Part shown: piece by piece, positions 57,928 to 64,000 of the stretch
Layout: each line of letters opens with the position of its first letter
Numbering within the stretch: position 1 is the first letter of the stretch
Assembly: GCA_905479655.1 (NCBI GenBank)
Contig: CAJQNK010000123.1
Coordinates: 26,553 to 90,552, forward strand
Source of the DNA: an uncultured bacterium
Lineage (GTDB): Bacteria > Acidobacteriota > Thermoanaerobaculia > Multivoradales > JAHEKO01
Reading direction: 5' to 3'
Length of the DNA: 64,000 bases
The notes under the pieces: model-generated
The model's input: only the letters and a program-made list of their open reading frames with translations
The model's database searches: none
What the model was told of the DNA's origin: nothing
Position numbers and translations under genes: made by a program

Positions 57928-60063
57928 TTGGGTCGCCAGCGACGCCCCCCGATCGGAGGTCACGACCCCGCCGCGTCCGGCTCGGCGGCCGGGTGCCGAC
58001 TCCGATGCGCCGTGGCCGGGGTCGTCCTCGTGGCGTGCGCCGGCGGGCAGCCGGTGCGGGCGTCCGGAGACGTGGACCCGCCGCCGCCCAGTGTCCTGCT
58101 GATCACCATCGACACCCTGCGGCCCGACGCCCTCGGCTGGGTCGGTGGCGGCGACTGGACGCCGCAGCTCGACGCGCTGGCGCGGGAGGGGGTTCGATTC
58201 CCGGCGGCGGTCGCGCCCGCCCCCCTGACCCTGCCGTCCCACGCCTCGCTCTTCTCGGCGCTGGTGCCCCGGCGTCACGGTGTACACGACAACGGCCGGA
58301 TGCTCGGTGCAGGGGTGCCGCTCCTGGCCGAGAGGCTCAGCGCCGCGGGTTGGGACACCGCGGCCTTCGTCAGCGGCTACCCGTTGAGCGGGTCGTTCGG
58401 TCTGCGGCGCGGCTTCGGCCACTACGACGACCGTCTCACCGCCGGCGACGGGGCCTGGCTCGAACGCCCCGCCCGCGAGACGAACGGCGCCGCCCGGGCC
58501 TGGATCTCCGAGGCCACGGAGCCCTGGTTCGCGTGGGTCCACTACTACGATCCCCACTTTCCGTACGAGCCGCCCGACGAGCTCCGCCGGCCGGGTCGCC
58601 GGGGGGCCTACGACGGCGAGGTGGCGGCCGTCGATCGGGCGCTGGGCGAGCTCCTGACCACGGCTCGCTCGGCCGCCACGAGGACCGGTCTGCTCACCGT
58701 CGCCACCGCCGACCACGGCGAGAGCCTCGGCGAGCACGGTGAGGGGACCCATGGCTTCTTCGTCTACGACAGTACCGTGTTGGTGCCGATGGTCTGGCAC
58801 CTTCCCGGCCGGCTGACAGCCGCCGAGCGCGCCGAGCCCGCGCGTCTGGTCGATGTCGCGCCCACCGTGCTCGAGCTCCTCGGCCTGCCGCCTCTCGAGG
58901 GGGTCGACGGCGTCAGCCTGGTGCCGCTCCTCGAGGGGCGGCCGCAACCGCTGCCGCCGGCGTACGTGGAGACCTTCCAACCCTGGATCTCCTACGGCTG
59001 GGCGCCCCTGACGGCGGTGCGCCACGACGGCTTCAAGCTGATCGCGGCGCCGCGGCCGGAGCTCTACGACCTGCGGGCCGACCCGGAGGAGACCCGCAAC
59101 GTGGTCGCGACCGAGCGCCGCCGCGCCCGGGAGCTGCGGCGTCTCCACGCGGAGGCCGAGGCGTCGCCGCCCGCGGCCTCCGCGGAGACCGTCGGCGACC
59201 CGGAGGTGGCTCGCCGGCTCGCCGCCCTGGGCTACGTGGGATCGGCCGGAGCGCCCGCGGCGCCGCCGCCCGGGCTCGCCGATCCCAAGGACCGCCTGGC
59301 CCTGCGGGAGACCCTGACCGAGGCCGACCGGAGGGTGCGCGGCGGCGACCTGCAGGGCGCGCTGGAGCGGTTCGACCGCGTGCTGGCGGAGGAGCCTCGG
59401 AACCGCTTCGCGCTCTCCCGCTCCGGCGAGGCTCTCCTGACGGCGGGGGCCTTGGCCCCGGCCATCGAGCGCCTGCGGCTCGCCTCCCGACTGGATCCCG
59501 ACCAACCCGAGGTCCGCCGGCTCCTGGGCACCGCGCTGACGCGTGCCGGGCTCCTCGACGAGGCGCTGGACCAGTGGCTGGAGCTCGTCCGGCTCCAGCC
59601 GTGGAATCCCGTGGCCTGGTCGAACCTGGGAGCGACCCTGGGTCGCTCCGGCAGGTCGGCGGACGCGGTGGCGGCGATGGAGAAGGCCGCCACCCTGGCC
59701 CCCGGCGACCCCGACCGTCTGATCCGACTGGCCTTCGCCGAGGTCGACGCGAGGCGGATCTCGGACGCCGTGCGGCATCTGGCCGAGGCCGCGGAGGTCT
59801 CGGGTGAGGCGTTCGAGCACGCCGGCACGCTGGGCCTCTTGCTCGAGCAGACCGAGCGCGCCGCCGAGGCGACGCAGTGGCTCGAGAGGAGCCGGCCGGG
59901 GCAGCCCGACTTTGCGCAGGCGCGCCTGACCCTGGCCCGGAGGAGAGCGTCGGCCGGCGACCCGACGGGCGCTCGAGTCGCCCTGGCCGAGGCCCTGGCC
60001 GTCGATCCCGGCCTCGCGGCCGTCGCATCGGCCGACGAGCTGCTGGCGTCGCTCATGCCCTGA
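57928..60063 (+). CDS. Sulfatase-like + TPR protein (possible lipoprotein)
   Basis: VLVAC; LITIDTLRPD, PLTLPSHASLFS, WVHYYDPH, ADHGESLGEHGE, LAALGY, DPKD, TPRs; start uncertain. Confidence 0.88.
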   Translation: MGRQRRPPIGGHDPAASGSAAGCRLRCAVAGVVLVACAGGQPVRASGDVDPPPPSVLLITIDTLRPDALGWVGGGDWTPQLDALAREGVRFPAAVAPAPLTLPSHASLFSALVPRRHGVHDNGRMLGAGVPLLAERLSAAGWDTAAFVSGYPLSGSFGLRRGFGHYDDRLTAGDGAWLERPARETNGAARAWISEATEPWFAWVHYYDPHFPYEPPDELRRPGRRGAYDGEVAAVDRALGELLTTARSAATRTGLLTVATADHGESLGEHGEGTHGFFVYDSTVLVPMVWHLPGRLTAAERAEPARLVDVAPTVLELLGLPPLEGVDGVSLVPLLEGRPQPLPPAYVETFQPWISYGWAPLTAVRHDGFKLIAAPRPELYDLRADPEETRNVVATERRRARELRRLHAEAEASPPAASAETVGDPEVARRLAALGYVGSAGAPAAPPPGLADPKDRLALRETLTEADRRVRGGDLQGALERFDRVLAEEPRNRFALSRSGEALLTAGALAPAIERLRLASRLDPDQPEVRRLLGTALTRAGLLDEALDQWLELVRLQPWNPVAWSNLGATLGRSGRSADAVAAMEKAATLAPGDPDRLIRLAFAEVDARRISDAVRHLAEAAEVSGEAFEHAGTLGLLLEQTERAAEATQWLERSRPGQPDFAQARLTLARRRASAGDPTGARVALAEALAVDPGLAAVASADELLASLMP

Positions 60064-60336
60064 GGCCGGCTCGGGGTCGGGAGCGGACGCTCGGTGCGCT
60101 TCGGAGAGGCTCTGCGGAGTGGCTCGGAACCGAGATATCGACATTCCTGCATGAACGCGGTATCGTTCAACGGCTCCGCCTGTCGGAGCTGGGCCGCGGC
60201 GCTTCCCCGGGCGTCGTGGCCCTTCTTGTCTGCCGGTCCTCGGGTGGGCCGTCGAGCTCCGGCCCGGTTCGGTAGACTCGGACCTCGACGAGGCCGGCCC
60301 CCCGCCCGCCTCGACCATCGCTGGAGGAGGAGATCC

Positions 60337-60900
60337 ATGTCCGGAGCGAGCGCCCCCGGGGCGAGCATGACCTGGCTGCTTTTCGTGGCCATGACGGTGG
60401 CCTTCTGGGGTCTGTACGGCATCTTCCTGCACTCCGGTCAGATGGCGATGGGGGACCCGGTTCACGGGCGCTACAAGGCCTTCCTGTTCGTCGGTATCGC
60501 CTACTTCCTCGCGGCGGTGCTCGCCCCCATGGCGGTGTTGGCGTCCACCGGCGCCGAGTGGAGCTTTGCGCCGAGCGGCATGCTGCTGTCGCTGATCGCC
60601 GGTCTGGTGGGTGCCGCGGGGGCCTTCGGCGTGCTCCTCGCTTTCGGCGCCGGAGGCTCCCCGGCGGTCGTGATGTCGATCGTCTTCGCCGGCGCTCCCA
60701 TCGTGAACGCCGGGGTCGCCCTGATGCTCCATCCGCCGGCCGGCGGCTTCGGCGCCCTGCGCTGGCAGTTCGTGCTGGGGATCGTTCTCGCCGCCGTGGG
60801 CGGCAGCCTGGTGTCCCTCTACAAGCCGCCTCCGGCGCCGGCCAAGAGCCCGCCGGCCGTGGTCGGCGGCTCGGCCGGGTCCGGCGTCACGACGGACTGA
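60337..60900 (+). CDS. Membrane protein (EamA/DMT-like, about 5 TM)
   Basis: GGAGGAGG RBS; FWGLYG, PAVVMSIVFAGAPIVNA. Confidence 0.72.
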   Translation: MSGASAPGASMTWLLFVAMTVAFWGLYGIFLHSGQMAMGDPVHGRYKAFLFVGIAYFLAAVLAPMAVLASTGAEWSFAPSGMLLSLIAGLVGAAGAFGVLLAFGAGGSPAVVMSIVFAGAPIVNAGVALMLHPPAGGFGALRWQFVLGIVLAAVGGSLVSLYKPPPAPAKSPPAVVGGSAGSGVTTD

Positions 60901-60940
60901 ACGGAGGCAGCCGCTCTGGCGGCCGAAGGAGAAAGGACGA

Positions 60941-61855
60941 ATGGAGAAGCTACGACTCGGTCTGGAGTGGTTCCTCAATCCCGACCACATCCCCCTGCTC
61001 GCGGGGCTGGAGGAGGGTTGGTTCGCCGCCGAGGGGCTCGATCTCGAGATGATCGAGCCGGAGGAGCACTTCGACGCCCTGGACGAGATCGAGGCCGGCC
61101 GGATGGACGTCGCCGTGACCGAGCCGCTGCACCTGGTCGCGGACCGCGCCGAGGGGCAGCCCGTCGTGGGGTTCGCCCGCTTCCTCCACACCAACGGCGG
61201 CGTCATGTTCCTCGAGGGGCGAGGCATCGAACGGCCGCGCGACATGGCGGGGAAACGGCTGCAGTACCCCGGAGCCCCGGGACCCGGAGGTCCCGCGATC
61301 GTCCGGACCATGATCGAGGCCGACGGCGGGCCGCCGGGGGCGGAGCTCGAGCCGGTCAACAACGGCTTCTACCACACCGACGCCCTGGCCGAGGGCAAGG
61401 CGGATCTGGCGACCCTGGTCTTCTACAACTTCGAACTGGTCGAGGCGGCCGGGCGCGGTCTCGACGCGGGGTTCTTCGCCCTCAAGGACTGGGGGGTGCC
61501 CGATTTCTGCCAGCTCGTGCTCATCACCACCGAGTCGGTGCTGCGGGAGCGCCGCGGTGCTCTCGAGGCGCTCCTGCGGGTCCTCTCACGGGGCATCGAC
61601 CTCGTGCACCAGCGTCCCGGGCGGGCTCGGGAGATCTACCGAGCCCGCGGTCCGGAGGGCTCGGGCGAGCCGTTGGCGCGGGCGATCTGCGACGCGACCC
61701 TGCCCTGCTTCACCTACGACCTCGCCATGAGTCGAGACTACTATCGCCGTCTCGGGCAGTGGCTGGCGGAGACCGGCCAGATCTCCGGCGTTCCCGCTCC
61801 GGAGACGTTGTGGACCAACGAGCTGGTGGGGCTCGGCCGAGGAGGTCGCGGATGA
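60941..61855 (+). CDS. NMT1/THI5-like (ThiY-type binding-protein fold) protein without signal peptide
   Basis: LEWFLNPDHIP, GWFAAEGLDLEMIEP, DWGVPDF, LWTNE. Confidence 0.82.
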   Translation: MEKLRLGLEWFLNPDHIPLLAGLEEGWFAAEGLDLEMIEPEEHFDALDEIEAGRMDVAVTEPLHLVADRAEGQPVVGFARFLHTNGGVMFLEGRGIERPRDMAGKRLQYPGAPGPGGPAIVRTMIEADGGPPGAELEPVNNGFYHTDALAEGKADLATLVFYNFELVEAAGRGLDAGFFALKDWGVPDFCQLVLITTESVLRERRGALEALLRVLSRGIDLVHQRPGRAREIYRARGPEGSGEPLARAICDATLPCFTYDLAMSRDYYRRLGQWLAETGQISGVPAPETLWTNELVGLGRGGRG

Positions 61856-62241
61856 GGATGGAGGTCGTGTTTCCCGGAGGAGCCGCCGTGGAGGCCCGGT
61901 TCAAGGGTCATACCGTCCTGACGGACCAGCCGCCGAAGGGCGGAGGCGAGGACAGAGGCCCGGCGCCGTTCGACCTCTTCCTGGCTTCGGTGGCCACCTG
62001 CGCGGGCTACTACGCCCTGCGTTTCTGCCAGTCGCGGGAGCTGCCGACCGAGGGACTGGGCCTCACCCTCGAGCCGCTCCGGGACGACTCCCCGGGACGG
62101 GTGGCGACGATCCGGATGGAGCTCCGGCTCCCGCCTGGCTTCCCGGAGAAGTACCGTGCCGCCGTGATCCGGGCGATGGACCAGTGTGCCGTGAAGCGCC
62201 ACGTCCTGGAGCCGCCGAAGTTCGAGATCGTGACCGTCTGA
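61852..62241 (+). CDS. OsmC-family protein
   Basis: TDQPPKGGGEDRGPAPFDLFLASVATC, FPEKYR, QCAVK; ATGA overlap. Confidence 0.88.
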   Translation: MRMEVVFPGGAAVEARFKGHTVLTDQPPKGGGEDRGPAPFDLFLASVATCAGYYALRFCQSRELPTEGLGLTLEPLRDDSPGRVATIRMELRLPPGFPEKYRAAVIRAMDQCAVKRHVLEPPKFEIVTV

Positions 62242-62264
62242 GGTCGGGGGAACCGGGCGTGGCC

Positions 62265-62699
62265 ATGCATCCTCGGGAGCCAGGGGGCGGCCTCGCGACC
62301 CGCGGTGTGAGCTCGGCCGCCGCCCTCGAACGCTGGGCGGTGCGGTTGGTGGCCATCCACAGCGCGCTGGTCGGCGTCGCCCTTCTCCTGGCGCCGGAGG
62401 GGCTCTTCGCCATCTTCGGCTGGTCGACGCTCGAGCCGTTGTTCTTCGTCCGCCAGGGCGGCGTCTTCCACTGCGTCCTGGCCTGGGCCTACCTGCTGGA
62501 GTACCGCCGATCGGGGGGCGTCGCGCTCCTCGTGACGGCCAAGACGACGGCGTTCGTGTTCCTGACGTCGATCTGGCTTCTGGGCGAAGGGGCGTGGGTC
62601 GTGCCCCTGTCGGGTGTGACCGACGGCCTCATGGGGCTGGCCGTGGCCTGGCTCCACCGCTGGGCGGCCGCGTCGGGGCCCGCCGATCCACCGCGCTAG
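62265..62699 (+). CDS. Hypothetical 4-TM membrane protein
   Basis: Hydrophobic helices, FFVRQGGVFH; start 62265 or 62307. Confidence 0.65.
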   Translation: MHPREPGGGLATRGVSSAAALERWAVRLVAIHSALVGVALLLAPEGLFAIFGWSTLEPLFFVRQGGVFHCVLAWAYLLEYRRSGGVALLVTAKTTAFVFLTSIWLLGEGAWVVPLSGVTDGLMGLAVAWLHRWAAASGPADPPR

Positions 62700-62796
62700 G
62701 AGGGCGCGGGCAGCTAGTGCTAGCGACGCCTGCGCGCGTTCCAGGCGGGTTCGGGAAGTTGCGGTATCGTCTGGGACGAGATTCCTCCGGTACACC

Positions 62797-64000
62797 ATGC
62801 CTCTTCGCTCTAGCCTTGCCCTTCTCGTCCTGGTCCTTCTGGTGCCGAACCCCGTGCGAGCCACCGCCTGGCACGTGGACTTCGCGACCGGCGTGGACTC
62901 GGGCGCTTGCGGATCCCGGGAGTCGCCCTGCTTTTCGATCCAGAAGGCCGTGGATCTCTCGTCTGCCGGAGACAGCATCCTCGTCGCCGAGGGCACCTAT
63001 CTGCGCCAGGCGGCTCTCGACCCCTGCGGCGACGAGCCCGCCGTGGTCTGCGTCGTCGCCACCGAGCTGACGATTCTCGGGGGCTTCACCAGCGCAAACT
63101 GGCTGCTGCCGGATCCGGCCGGCCATCCGACGATCATCGACGGGGAGACCCTGGCCCGGGGTGTCTCGGTGGAGAAGGCCGGTCTGTCCGGACCTCCCAC
63201 GAGTCTTCGCCTCGAGGGCTTCACGATCCGCAACGGCCGCGCGGAGGCGCCCGACTTCGGCCCGTCTCCCGACGGTCTCGGCGGCGGGCTCAAGGCCTCG
63301 CTGGCCGACGTCGTCCTGCGCGACGTGGCCTTCGTCGACAACGTCGCGCAGGCCGGCGATACGGACAGCGGGGCCGGCGGGCTGGCGGCGGGCGGCGGTG
63401 CCTTCATCAGCAGCGACCCGTCGCTGCCGCTCGTCGTGACCCTCGAGCGACTCGCCTTCTCAGGCAATCAGGCGCTCGGGGGCAACGGGCCGGAGAGGGG
63501 AGGCACGGCCTCCGGTGGCGGGCTGTTCGTGAAGCTGGCGACCGTGCGGGGGGAGCGGATCGAGGCGACCGGCAACCTCGCGCAGGCAGGCTCCTCGACG
63601 GGCCACGGCCTCGCCTCGGGTCTGTCGGCGGACGCGCTGGGTGGCGGCCTCTGCTTCGCGGCGGACACGGACGTGGACCTCGGCTTCGTTCTTGCCTCCG
63701 ACAACGCGGTGGTGGGGGGGGACGCTGGCGCCGGGGACTCGGACCAGGCGGGTGGCGCGTTCGGTGGTGGCGTCTTCAGCGAGAAGGCCACGCTCGCACT
63801 GGCCGACGCGGAGCTCCGGAGCAACACGGTCACCGGAGGAGACGCCTTCTGGGGCGGCCTCGGGAACGGTGGTGGCCTGATGACCAGCGGCTCCTCCGTC
63901 GTCCTCGAGCGGGTGTTGCTTCTCGACAATCGCGGGCAGGGCGGGACCAGCAGCGACCCTGCCGGCAAGAAGGGCTCGTCCAGCGGTGGCGGCGCGTTCT
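62797..64000 (+). CDS. Secreted DUF1565-like / right-handed beta-helix protein with GGG repeats (runs off window)
   Basis: Absent from the ORF track; MPLRSSLALLVLVLLVP..CGSRESPCFSIQKAVD..GDSILVAEGTY; repeated FxxN..GGG(L/A/V) motifs. Confidence 0.8.
   Translation, partial: MPLRSSLALLVLVLLVPNPVRATAWHVDFATGVDSGACGSRESPCFSIQKAVDLSSAGDSILVAEGTYLRQAALDPCGDEPAVVCVVATELTILGGFTSANWLLPDPAGHPTIIDGETLARGVSVEKAGLSGPPTSLRLEGFTIRNGRAEAPDFGPSPDGLGGGLKASLADVVLRDVAFVDNVAQAGDTDSGAGGLAAGGGAFISSDPSLPLVVTLERLAFSGNQALGGNGPERGGTASGGGLFVKLATVRGERIEATGNLAQAGSSTGHGLASGLSADALGGGLCFAADTDVDLGFVLASDNAVVGGDAGAGDSDQAGGAFGGGVFSEKATLALADAELRSNTVTGGDAFWGGLGNGGGLMTSGSSVVLERVLLLDNRGQGGTSSDPAGKKGSSSGGGAF

Noticed and set aside
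60064..60336. Possible TPP riboswitch ahead of the THI5-like operon
   Set aside because: Only small hairpins (TGAACG/CGTTCA, GCTCCG/CGGAGC); the conserved CUGAGA core is absent
54377..61362. 1161-aa and 1167-aa minus-strand ORFs
   Set aside because: Antisense shadows of well-supported plus-strand genes
1..64000. CRISPR arrays, tRNA/rRNA, IS elements, prophage or defence genes
   Set aside because: No regularly spaced repeats, RNA gene signatures, transposase, integrase or phage motifs seen by eye

Overview
Very GC-rich (roughly 70%) bacterial chromosomal window. The gene repertoire (PEGA/NHL/TPR proteins, sulfatase-TPR proteins, FG-GAP proteins) suggests Acidobacteriota, possibly Thermoanaerobaculia-like; this is inference only. 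About 50 densely packed CDSs cover lipid and sugar metabolism, signalling, redox, transport and many secreted or envelope proteins. I found no rRNA, tRNA, CRISPR array or transposase. Strongest non-obvious signals: (1) a stand-alone, highly structured ~220-nt non-coding RNA candidate at ~7765-7987, with a near-consensus sigma70 promoter overlapped by a Rex/CRP-type palindrome and ending in an intrinsic terminator; (2) an AhpD-like peroxidase that the ORF track splits in two but which reads as one selenoprotein (CHY-UGA = CxxU) with a SECIS-like hairpin; (3) four sulfatase-like proteins with Thr instead of the formylglycine Cys/Ser, two of them TPR fusions bracketing a large secreted metalloprotease; (4) an 18-codon mini-ORF coupled at both ends inside a mismatched two-component pair; (5) a probable shared C-terminal domain on a pentaheme cytochrome and its FG-GAP neighbour. 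All product calls come from motif recognition by eye; no database searches were run.
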